A stretch of DNA of 63,938 nt, the filler included, from Reclinomonas americana ATCC 50394 (Eukaryota): the NCBI GenBank assembly GCA_048213135.1. It is 13 parts of 13 records of this genome, joined end to end, with 100 filler letters (N's around TTAATTAATTAA, not from the genome) between each part and the next. Parts side by side here need not be neighbours in the genome. Positions count along the whole stretch, not along the records: positions 31,501 to 41,516 come from AFZH01024050.1; positions 41,617 to 43,454 come from AFZH01024051.1; positions 43,555 to 57,467 come from AFZH01024052.1; 10 more parts are not named here. One strand, given 5' to 3'. Each line of letters opens with the position of its first letter. The first letter of the stretch is position 1. The notes under the pieces were generated by a model. The model was not told the DNA's origin. It ran no database searches and saw nothing but the letters and a program-made list of their open reading frames with translations. This document shows positions 35,894 through 45,319 of this stretch, piece after piece. The position numbers and the translations under genes are program-made.

Positions 35894-36991
35894 TTACAAA
35901 CGCGAGTCGGGATCCACGCTGCGACGATGCAGCAGAACCGCGGCATCCTCAACGATGAAGCAGCGCAGCACCATCTCCGGCAGGCAGCGGGAGTCTGGTT
36001 CCCCGTCTTCGCCGACAACAGCAGCTGTTCGCTGCATCTCCTGCACGGCCAGCAGGGCCGACCGCGCACCGTCCAGCTCCAGCCGAGCGAGGCCGCACGG
36101 AGTGGACCACACTCGCACAATGCTGCCGTGGCCTCCACTCACAATGTGTTGCCCATCGGGGGCGACGGCAACAGAAAGCACGTCGTGAGCGCGTTCCTCC
36201 AGCCGCTGCACTTCCTCTCCACTCGCCAGCGACCACACTCGCACGGTGCCGTCGGCGCCCCCGCTGACAATAAACTGGCCATTGGGGGTGACAGCGACAC
36301 TGCGCACCCATCTCGTGTGCCCCTTCAACCGTCGCACTTCCTCACCAGTCGCCAGTGACCACATTCGCACAGTCCGGTCAAAACTCCCACTCACAAAATG
36401 CTGACTGTCGGGAGTGACGGCGACAGATGACACCACATCACCGTGCCGCACCAGACGATGGACTTCGTCGCCTCTCGCCAGTGACCACACTCGCATCGTA
36501 GAGTCATCGCTGCAACTCACCACGTGCTGACCATCGGGAGTAATGGCGACAGAGCCCACTGCACCTCCGTGTCCCTGGAACCGTCGCACCTCCTCGCCAC
36601 TCGCGAATGACCACACGCGCACAGTGTGGTCATAACTCCCACTCACGACATGCTGACCGTCGGGAGTGACCGCAATACTGCGCACCCAGCCTGTCATCCG
36701 TCGCACCTCTTGGCCACTCGCCAGTGACCACACGCGCACAGTGTTATCACCACTCCCGCTGACAATGTGCTGACTGTCGGGAGTGACAACAAGGCAGTTC
36801 ACTGCATGAGAGTGCCCCCCCAACCGTCGCATCATCTTTCCGGTCGCCAGTGACCACACTCGCACTGTTTTGTCATTACTCCCGCTGACAAGGTGCTGAC
36901 CGTCGGGAGAGATGGCGACGCAGTGCAAGTCGGCAAGGTGCCCAGTGAAACGCCTGCAGCGGAAGATGGTGCGATGCGGGGCGTGTGACAT
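35894..36991 (-). CDS. WD40 array copy 4
   Basis: MSHAPHRTIFRCRRFTGH; seven repeats; tail variant AVVGEDGEPDSRCLPEMVLRC. Confidence 0.9.
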   Translation of the reverse strand: MSHAPHRTIFRCRRFTGHLADLHCVAISPDGQHLVSGSNDKTVRVWSLATGKMMRRLGGHSHAVNCLVVTPDSQHIVSGSGDNTVRVWSLASGQEVRRMTGWVRSIAVTPDGQHVVSGSYDHTVRVWSFASGEEVRRFQGHGGAVGSVAITPDGQHVVSCSDDSTMRVWSLARGDEVHRLVRHGDVVSSVAVTPDSQHFVSGSFDRTVRMWSLATGEEVRRLKGHTRWVRSVAVTPNGQFIVSGGADGTVRVWSLASGEEVQRLEERAHDVLSVAVAPDGQHIVSGGHGSIVRVWSTPCGLARLELDGARSALLAVQEMQRTAAVVGEDGEPDSRCLPEMVLRCFIVEDAAVLLHRRSVDPDSRL

Positions 36992-37147
36992 GAGGAAGGT
37001 GCGTGTGAGGGAGGACGAAAGTGGGACACAATGCAATATGCGCAATCGCCGACGATGGAACTGCGAAGCGCCCGAGTACGGCAGTAGATTCACTAAAGAA
37101 CACATACACATACACCCAAGAGCAGACAGGAAACACCCCTCATGGAT

Positions 37148-38239
37148 TCAAAAACACGAATTGGGGTCGACGCAGCGTCTGTGGACGATGACTGCTGCAT
37201 CCTCGACAATGAAGCACCGCAGCACCATCTCCGGCAGACAACGAGAGTCAATAACCTCGTCTTCACTTTCCTGCATCTCCTGCACAGCCAGCAAGGCCGA
37301 CCGCGCACCGTCGAGCTCCAGCCGAGCGAGACCACATGGAGTGGACCACACTCGCACAATGCTGTCGTCACCTCCACTTACAATGTGCTGACCATCGGGG
37401 GTGACGGCAACAGAAAACACGTCGTGAGCGCGCTCCTCCAGCCGCTGCACCTCCTCTCCACTCGCCAGCGACCACACTCGCACGGTGCCGTCGGCACCCC
37501 CGCTGACAATAAACTGGCCATTGGGGGTGACAGCGACACTGCGCACCCATTTCGTGTGCCCCTTCAACCGTCGCACTTCCTTACCAGTCGCCAGTGACCA
37601 CACGCGCACAGTCCGGTCAAAACTCCCACTCACAAAATGCTGACTGTCGGGAGTGACGGCGACAGATGACACCACATTACCGTTCCCCACCAGGCAATGG
37701 ACTTCCTCGCCTGTCGCCAGAGACCACACTCGCACAGTGCCGTCGGAATCCCCACTCACAATGTGCTTACCATCGGGAGTAATGGCGACAGAGCCCACTG
37801 CACCTCCACGTCCCTGTAGCCGGCGCACCTCCTCACCACTCGTGAATAACCACACGCGCACGGTCCGGTCATAACTCCCACTCACGACATGCCGACCGTC
37901 AGGAGTGACCGCAACACTGCGCACCCAGGAAGTGTGCCCCTCCATCCGTCGCACCTCTTGGCCACTCGCCAGTGACCACACGCGCACAGTGTTGTCAGCA
38001 CTCGCGCTGACAATGTGCTGACTGTCGGGAGTGACAACAAGGCAGGTCACTGCATGAGAGTGCCCTCCAAACCGACGCACCATCTTTCCGGTCGCCAGTG
38101 ACCACACTTGCGCTGATATGTCACTACTCCCGCTGACAACGTACTGACCATCGGGAGAGATAGCGACGCAGTGCAAGTCGGCAACGTGCCCAGTGAAACG
38201 CCTGCAGCGGAAGATGGTGCGATGCGGGGTGAGTGACAT
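37148..38239 (-). CDS. WD40 array copy 3
   Basis: MSLTPHRTIFRCRRFTGH; seven repeats; tail variant ESEDEVIDSRCLPEMVLRC. Confidence 0.9.
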   Translation of the reverse strand: MSLTPHRTIFRCRRFTGHVADLHCVAISPDGQYVVSGSSDISAQVWSLATGKMVRRFGGHSHAVTCLVVTPDSQHIVSASADNTVRVWSLASGQEVRRMEGHTSWVRSVAVTPDGRHVVSGSYDRTVRVWLFTSGEEVRRLQGRGGAVGSVAITPDGKHIVSGDSDGTVRVWSLATGEEVHCLVGNGNVVSSVAVTPDSQHFVSGSFDRTVRVWSLATGKEVRRLKGHTKWVRSVAVTPNGQFIVSGGADGTVRVWSLASGEEVQRLEERAHDVFSVAVTPDGQHIVSGGDDSIVRVWSTPCGLARLELDGARSALLAVQEMQESEDEVIDSRCLPEMVLRCFIVEDAAVIVHRRCVDPNSCF

Positions 38240-38394
38240 GAGGAAGGCGTGTGGGAGGGGGACGAAAGTGGGACACAATGCAATATGCGCAATCGCCGAC
38301 GATGGAACTGCGAAGCGCCCGAGTACGACAGTAGATTCACTAAAGAACACATACACATACACCCAAGAGCAGACAGGAAACACCCCTCATGGAT

Positions 38395-39504
38395 TTAAAA
38401 ACACGAGTCGGGATCAACGCTGCGTCGGTGGACGATGACTGCTGCATCCTCGACGATGAAGCACCGCAGCACCATCTCCGGCAGGCACCGGGAGTCCAGT
38501 TCCCGTTCCCCGTCTTCGCCGACAACAGCAGCTGCTCGCTGCATCTCCTGCACAGCCAACATGGCCGAACGCGCGCTGTCCAGCTCCAACCGAGCGAGAC
38601 CACATGGAGTGGACCACACTCGCACAATGCTGTCGTGGCCTCCACTCACAATGTGTTGCCCATCGGGAGAGACAGCAACAGAAAGCACGTCGTGAGCGCG
38701 TTCCTCCAGCCGCTGCACCTCCTCTCCACTCGCCAGCGACCACACTCGCACGGTGCCGTCGGCGCCCCCGCTGACAATAAACTGGCCATTGGGGGTGACA
38801 GCGACACTGCGCACCCATCTCGTGTGCCCCTTCAACCGTCGCACTTCCTTACCAGTCGCCAGTGACCACACGCGCACAGTCTGGTCCCAACTCCCACTCA
38901 CAACATGCTGACTGTCGTGAGTGACGGCGACAGATGATACCACATCACTGTGCCCCACCAGACGATGGACTTCCTTGCCTGTCGCCAGTGACCACGCTCG
39001 CATCGTAGAGTCATCGCCGCAACTCACCACGTGCTGACCATCGGGAGTAATGGCGACAGGGCCCACCGGGCATCCGTGCCCCAGGAACCGTCGCACCTCC
39101 TCGCCACTCGCGAATGACCACACGCGCACGGTCTGGTCATAACTCCCACTCAAAATGCGCTGCCCGTCAGGAGTGACCGCAACACTGCGCACCCAGGAAG
39201 TGTGCCCCTCCATCCGTCGCACCTCTTGGCCACTCGCCAGTGACCACACGCGCACAGTGTCACCACTCGCGCTGACAATGTGCTGACTGTCGGGAGTAAC
39301 AACAACGAAGCTCACTGTGTGAGAGTGCCCCTCCAGCCGTCGCACCTCCTTTCCGGCCGCCAGTGACCACACTCGCATTGTTCTGTCGAGACTCCCGCTG
39401 ACAACGTGCTGACCGTCGGGAGCGACAGCAACAGAGTACACCGCGGAAGTATGTCCAATGAAACGCCTGCAGCGGAAGACGGTGCGATGCGGGGTGAGTG
39501 ACAT
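38395..39504 (-). CDS. WD40 array copy 2
   Basis: MSLTPHRTVFRCRRFIGH; seven repeats; tail variant AVVGEDGERELDSRCLPEMVLRC. Confidence 0.9.
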   Translation of the reverse strand: MSLTPHRTVFRCRRFIGHTSAVYSVAVAPDGQHVVSGSLDRTMRVWSLAAGKEVRRLEGHSHTVSFVVVTPDSQHIVSASGDTVRVWSLASGQEVRRMEGHTSWVRSVAVTPDGQRILSGSYDQTVRVWSFASGEEVRRFLGHGCPVGPVAITPDGQHVVSCGDDSTMRAWSLATGKEVHRLVGHSDVVSSVAVTHDSQHVVSGSWDQTVRVWSLATGKEVRRLKGHTRWVRSVAVTPNGQFIVSGGADGTVRVWSLASGEEVQRLEERAHDVLSVAVSPDGQHIVSGGHDSIVRVWSTPCGLARLELDSARSAMLAVQEMQRAAAVVGEDGERELDSRCLPEMVLRCFIVEDAAVIVHRRSVDPDSCF

Positions 39505-39647
39505 GAGGGAGTGTGTGCGTGCGTGTGTGGGTGGGGGACGAAGAAGTAGGACATAACAATGCCAACGAACTGCTAAGCGCCCGAGTACTACAGTTGATTC
39601 ACTAAAAGACATACACCAAAAGCAGACAGGAAACGCCCCTCATGGAT

Positions 39648-40739
39648 TCAAAAACACGAATTGGGGTCGACGCTGCGTCGGTGGACGATGGCTGCTGCAT
39701 CCTCGACGATGAAGCAGCGCAGCACCATCTCCGGCAGGCACCGGGAGTCTATCACCTCCTCTTCACTTTCTTGCTGCTGCATCTCCTGCACAGCCAGCAC
39801 GGCCGACCGCGCACCGTCGAGCTCCAGCCGAGCGAGACCACATGGAGTGGACCACACTCGCACAATGCAGTCGTCGCCTCCACTCACAATGTGTTGCCCA
39901 TCGGGGGAGACAGCGACAGAAAGCACGTCGTGAGCGCGCTCCTCCAGCCGCTGCACCTCCTCCCCACTCGCCAGCGACCACACTCGCACGGTGCCGTCGG
40001 CACCCCCGCTGACAATAAACTGGCCATTGGGGGTGACAGCGACACTGCGCACCCATTTCGTGTGCCCCTTCAACCGTCGCACTTCCTCACCAGTCGCCAG
40101 TGACCACACGCGCACAGTCCGGTCCCAACTCCCACTCACAACATGCTGACAGTCGGGAGTGACGGCGACAGATGATACCACATCACTGTGCCCCACCAGA
40201 CGATGGACTTCCTCGCCTGTCGCCAGAGACCACACTCGCACAGTGCCGTCGGAATCCCCACTCACAATGTGCTTACCATCGGGAGTAATGGCGACAGAGC
40301 CCACTGCACCTCCACGTCCCTGTAGCCGGCGCACCTCCTCACCACTCGTGAATAACCACACGCGCACGGTCCGGTCATAACTCCCACTAAAAATGCGCTG
40401 CCCGTCAGGAGTGACCGCAACACTGCGCACCCAGTGCCCCTCCATCCGTCGCACCTCTTGGCCACTCGCCAGTGACCACACGCGCACAGTGTTGTCAGCA
40501 CTCGCGCTGACAATGTGCTGACTGTCGGGAGTAACAACAAGGCAGGTCACTGCATGAGAGTGCCCTCCCAACCAACGCACCATCTTTCCGGTCGTCAGTG
40601 ACCACACTCGCACTGTAATGTCACTACTCCCGCTGACAACGTGCTGACCGTCGGGAGAGATGACGACGCAGTGCAAGTCGGCAACGTGCCCAGTGAAACG
40701 CCTGCAGCGGAAGATGGTGCGATGCGGGGCGTGTGACAT
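39648..40739 (-). CDS. WD40 array copy 1
   Basis: MSHAPHRTIFRCRRFTGH; seven repeats; tail variant ESEEEVIDSRCLPEMVLRC. Confidence 0.9.
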   Translation of the reverse strand: MSHAPHRTIFRCRRFTGHVADLHCVVISPDGQHVVSGSSDITVRVWSLTTGKMVRWLGGHSHAVTCLVVTPDSQHIVSASADNTVRVWSLASGQEVRRMEGHWVRSVAVTPDGQRIFSGSYDRTVRVWLFTSGEEVRRLQGRGGAVGSVAITPDGKHIVSGDSDGTVRVWSLATGEEVHRLVGHSDVVSSVAVTPDCQHVVSGSWDRTVRVWSLATGEEVRRLKGHTKWVRSVAVTPNGQFIVSGGADGTVRVWSLASGEEVQRLEERAHDVLSVAVSPDGQHIVSGGDDCIVRVWSTPCGLARLELDGARSAVLAVQEMQQQESEEEVIDSRCLPEMVLRCFIVEDAAAIVHRRSVDPNSCF

Positions 40740-40789
40740 GAGGAAGGTGCGTGTGTGGGAGGGGGACGATGATTGAAGTGGGACACGAT

Positions 40790-40904
40790 GTGATTGGCAG
40801 TCACCAGTAACCACACGCTGCCACTCAACGTGCAGGCGGTCGGGAGTGATCGCGACAGCATACACTGAGGAAGTGTGCCAAGGGAGGAGCACTTTGCTCG
40901 ACAT
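40790..40904 (-). pseudogene. Degenerate single WD40 remnant upstream of the array
   Basis: WHTSSVYAVAITPDRLHV matches the first half of an array repeat, then diverges. Confidence 0.5.
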
Positions 40905-40963
40905 AGCAAACAGGAGAATTACAATTTGGCGCGAAACTCTGTTGCTTTTTCTCCTCTCTTCTC

Positions 40964-41161
40964 ATGAGCGTTGGTCCGTCAACTGCCACGATTGGCACTC
41001 TGAGTGCGAGTGAGCGTGATGCACTGGAGAGCACTGATGTGCCTTCGTCGTGGTTTCAAGAGTCGAGTGTGGAGCATGTGAAGGTACAGGCGAACTTGGT
41101 GGGCGAGGTCGCCGATGGCACTGCGCAGACAGAGGAGATGAGTCGCGCGGTGGCTGCGCAG
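40964..41161 (+). CDS. First exon of an unknown gene, divergent from the WD40 array
   Basis: ATG 40964 open to CAG|GTGAGG at 41161/41162, followed by a purine-rich (GA)n intron that reaches the contig end. Confidence 0.45.
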
Positions 41162-41444
41162 GTGAGGTGGGAGGGTGGTGGGTGTGTGTGAGAGAGAGAG
41201 AGAGGAATGGAGGGAGAAGAGGGGGAGGTTGAGAGGGTCGGCAGTTGTGATGGTGGTTGAGTGAGTGAGAAGTGAAGGAGAGGGGAGAGAAGAGGCAACT
41301 GAGATGAGTAGGAGAGGGAGAGAGAAGAAGCAAACGAGATGAGAAGGAGATGAGAAGAGACTGGCACAGACAGGAGTAAAGAGAAGCAGAGAAGCAAGGA
41401 GGAGAGACTGACACAGACAGAGGACGTGAAAGAGAAGCAGTGAA

Positions 41445-41496
<52 letters not shown>

Positions 41497-42619
41497 GGAA
41501 GGGAGGAGAGAGAGAGNNNNNNNNNNNNNNNNNNNNNNNNNNNNNNNNNNNNNNNNNNNNTTAATTAATTAANNNNNNNNNNNNNNNNNNNNNNNNNNNN
41601 NNNNNNNNNNNNNNNNACACCACAGCCACCGACCGCGACGCAGTCGTCCTTGCGCAACTGGCTAATGTCGAATAAACGGGGGGAAAGCCAGACAAGATAC
41701 CGCAAGCATCGCGCTCAGTTTACTTGACAATTTTCGCTCTCGACACACACATCACATCACACAGCTCGAAACGCGGCTCGACAAACAAACAACGGTGACT
41801 CAAACATGCACTACCAATCTAGTGACAGAGGAGGAAGGAAAGGAGAGGAGGAAAGATGAGAAGAGGGTAGGACACAAAAAAACAGAATCGGGCGAGCGCA
41901 AACACACACACACACCACACCACACCACACACAGCAAGAGTGACAACAGAACTACACACTCGCTTTCCACGAATTATGAGAGGGAGGGGCACATAAAAAC
42001 ACACACACATAAGAAATCCAAAACTAATTAATGTCAGTTGCGGCACACCACCAAGGGAAAAGCACGACCGTCGACGCGAACCACCACCCCACCACGTCGC
42101 CTCCAGCCAGTGGAGGCGGCGCAGTAGAACTACAAGGCGGTGACACACGAACGACAAGACCAGTGACTCGACCAAACGCAGCAGCCACACAGCGCGCCAG
42201 CATACACAACAAAGAATAGACGAAGGGGGTTTAAAAACAACACCGGTGCAAGGCGACAGAGGCCGACGGAGCAGACGAGTGTCGCGAAAGACACTTTCTA
42301 CATCCGACATGCATGTGCTCACACACACTCACACTCACACAAAAGATACGAAAAGCTGGCGTGAAATAAACGAAGAGGTAGAACAACGTGGAAAGAACAA
42401 GGTGCAGTGCTTTTTCGCTAAAGAAACGGGACAAGGCGAACACGCACACGCACACACGCACACATCCGCTCGCAAGCACTCACACTCGGGTAGGGGTGGA
42501 GGAGGAGGAGGAGAACGGTGGTGGAGATGGAACGATAAGATGAGGATCAAGCAAAGCATTAGAAGCCAGCAAGAGGCAAGCACACAAATAACATCGACGA
42601 AAACCAAGCCACGAGTTCA

Positions 42620-43454
42620 TCATGACTTGGTGCCGCTGCCGTCGGCGGTTGGATCTCTTGACGAGCTCGGAGGTGACTGTGTGGCGGCAGTCACGGCAAC
42701 AGCACGCGGGGCAGGTGATGCTGCGACTGGCGGCATGACCGCTTGCGCCTGTGGCGGCGGATACATGTAGGCCGTCGGCTGTGTGGGGTAGTACATGTAG
42801 CCAGCCGACGGCGGTTGCACTTGACTTGTCATCAAGAACGGTCCGCCAGAGGCCAGCTGCGCCGGTGAAACACCGCCCAGTACAGCGCCTGCATGGACAA
42901 AATGTGAGGAAAAATGTGACGAACACAGCGGTCGAAGCAGATAAACGTGACGCACCCGTGGAGAAGTCGACCACATGCAGATTAGTACCCATAGAGGGAT
43001 ACATGCCCGGGTGCGGATACGCGCCGCCCACCGACGATGGCACAAAGGTCAGCGAAAAGTGTGGCGGTGCTGCAGCGGCAGCGGCGGCAGTGGGGATGGT
43101 GGCGGAAGCTGCGGTTGCGGCGGCTGCTGCCGGTTGCGGTGACAGTGGAGACATTTGCGGCCAGGAGCTCTGCTGCGAGTGCGCGCTGATTGGAACCGAC
43201 TGTGATTTTTGCGCTTGTGGCGAGTCGCGAGCGGCCGACGATGACGATGGTGGCGATTGGGGGGCTGCCGGCTGGCGCGGCGACGGTCCACCCTCGGCGT
43301 CGTGACGTCCGACATTGCCGGACGCCATTGCTCTCCGCTGATGGTACCCATTGACGTGGTGCTGTCGCCGCGAGACTCCAGAGGCGTCGCCAGCCGAGTG
43401 CGGCCGTGAGTGCTGTCGGCTGCCACCGGCCTGATATCTCGCATTGCTCGAGTG
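42620..43454 (-). CDS. Low-complexity Pro/Ala/Ser/Gln-rich protein, probably 5'-partial
   Basis: ORFs 42480..43328 and 42620..43045 are plausibly joined by one short intron; a long AT-richer UTR-like region lies downstream. Confidence 0.45.
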
Positions 43455-43565
43455 NNNNNNNNNNNNNNNNNNNNNNNNNNNNNNNNNNNNNNNNNNNNTT
43501 AATTAATTAANNNNNNNNNNNNNNNNNNNNNNNNNNNNNNNNNNNNNNNNNNNNTGTGCACGCAG

Positions 43566-45160
43566 GGTGAGAGCGAGCCACACTTGTCGGCGAGCATGGC
43601 CCGCGTGTGCAACCTGCCACTGCCACAATTGCGTGTGGGCACACTCGACTCACTGCTCAGCCTCTCCGACGATCTCTCACGGTGAGTTCAGCAGCAGTGC
43701 CATCACACTGGGAAGAGAAGCGAGTGCGACATGGCATCACTTGCCCACTCTCTCTCTCACACACACACATACGCACTGTCTCTCCCTGTGCTCTCTCCTT
43801 TACTCACACTACTCACCCACCAAGAAGGAAGAGAGTGTGACAGGGAGAGAGATTTCACTCTGATGACAGTGATCAGAAATACACTTCGCTCATGTTGGAA
43901 TGTGTCTTGCAGACTTGATTCATCAATGTCGGGCGTGATGAGCAAGGTGGCACGAGCGGCTGCCGAGATCCGCGGCGGACAGTCACTGCCTCCGGTGGAA
44001 GTGCGGCCGGGGTTGACGGTGGAGCCAGAGGCGTATGTGACCGACTTTCAGTGGAGCGACACGTTCCCGTTGCGCAACAAGATGCAGCAAATAGTGCAGC
44101 AGATTGTCAAGTCGATTGCCGAGGTCGATGAGGGGCTGCGTGTGGAGACCTCGGAGGCGCAGAATGTGAAGAATGAGCTGTCGACCATCATGCGCAAGGA
44201 GACGGGCTCGTTGCAGTCACGGTCGCTGTTTGATGTGGTCAGGCCGGAGCATGTCGTCGATTCCGAGTACCTCAAGACCCTGTTTGTGTTTGTGCCTTCG
44301 TTGCGTCAGTTTGTGGTGCCGAGTGTGCTCGACGTGTGCTTGGTCTCTCACCGGCGGATCGCGCGTTGCAGATTCCAAAAGCGACTGTGGGAGCAGTCGT
44401 ACGAGACGCTGGCGGCGCAAGAGATTGGCCCCAATCAGATGCTGTACGTGGCTGTGCCGCGATCATCGATGTTGCGTCTCGTGTCTCTTGCCGGTGTGGC
44501 CCATTGTTTCCGAGTGCTTACGACAGTGTCGCACAGGGAGCTGTCCACGGATCAAGACGGTACGCTGTTCCGAGTGGTGGTGCTGGCCAAGTTGGCCGAC
44601 GAGTTCAAGCGCAAGTGCCGCGAGGGTGAGCTGCGCTTCACGGTGCGCGAGTTTGAGTACACACCCGAGCTGGCTGCCGAGGCACAAGGACGGCGAACGG
44701 AGTTGCAGGAGCAAAAGGAGAGAATGGATGTGAGTCGTGACGCGCCAGTGTTAACTCGCTTCTTTGTTGGGTTCGCGTTTCTCAATGCTGCGTGTCGCAC
44801 AGACGGACATGTTGGAGCACACGGCAGGGTACTTTTCGCAAGCATTCAGCAACTGGGTGCACCTCAAGGTCATTCGGGTGTACGTCGAATCGATTCTGCG
44901 ATACAGCCTGCCGCCACGGTTCAGGGCATATGTTATTCGGGTTCGTTTTGATCACACACGCCCTGGGAGTCTTTGATGGTGTGTGGCTCACCCGCGCGCG
45001 CGCACAACAGACGGACAAGAAGAATGAGAAGAAGGTGAAGCAAATGTTGGTGAAGCAGTACGAGCACTTGGGTGGTCTGGGATTCCGCGACAAGGATGTG
45101 GAGTCAGCGGCCAGCGAGGGCTTCCTGCCCTTTGTGACCACCACACTTACGTTCCACTAA
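43566..45160 (+). CDS. ATP6V1C: V-type proton ATPase subunit C (5'-partial)
   Basis: LRVGTLDSLLSLSDDL, YVTDFQWS, RKETGSLQSRSL, DSEYLKTLFVFVP, VPRSS, FTVREF, WVHLKVIRVYVESILRYSLP. Introns include 44300-44371, 44471-44536, 44730-44802 and 44941-45010. Confidence 0.95.
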
Positions 45161-45319
45161 CGACATTGACGACTACTTTTTTTCGCTGTCTGCGGTCGCC
45201 TCCACGGGTGCGCTGCAGGCTCATTTTTGTGTTCCCTGTCTTTCTCTCTCTCTCTTTCGTTGTTGGCGGTAGTGAAACTGGTGTGTGCATTTTCTTTACA
45301 AACCGGTTGATACTGTTGA

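Noticed and set aside
31501..40904. Calling the WD40 genes NLRs (NACHT-WD40)
   Set aside because: No P-loop or NACHT region; each gene starts about 12-18 residues before blade 1.
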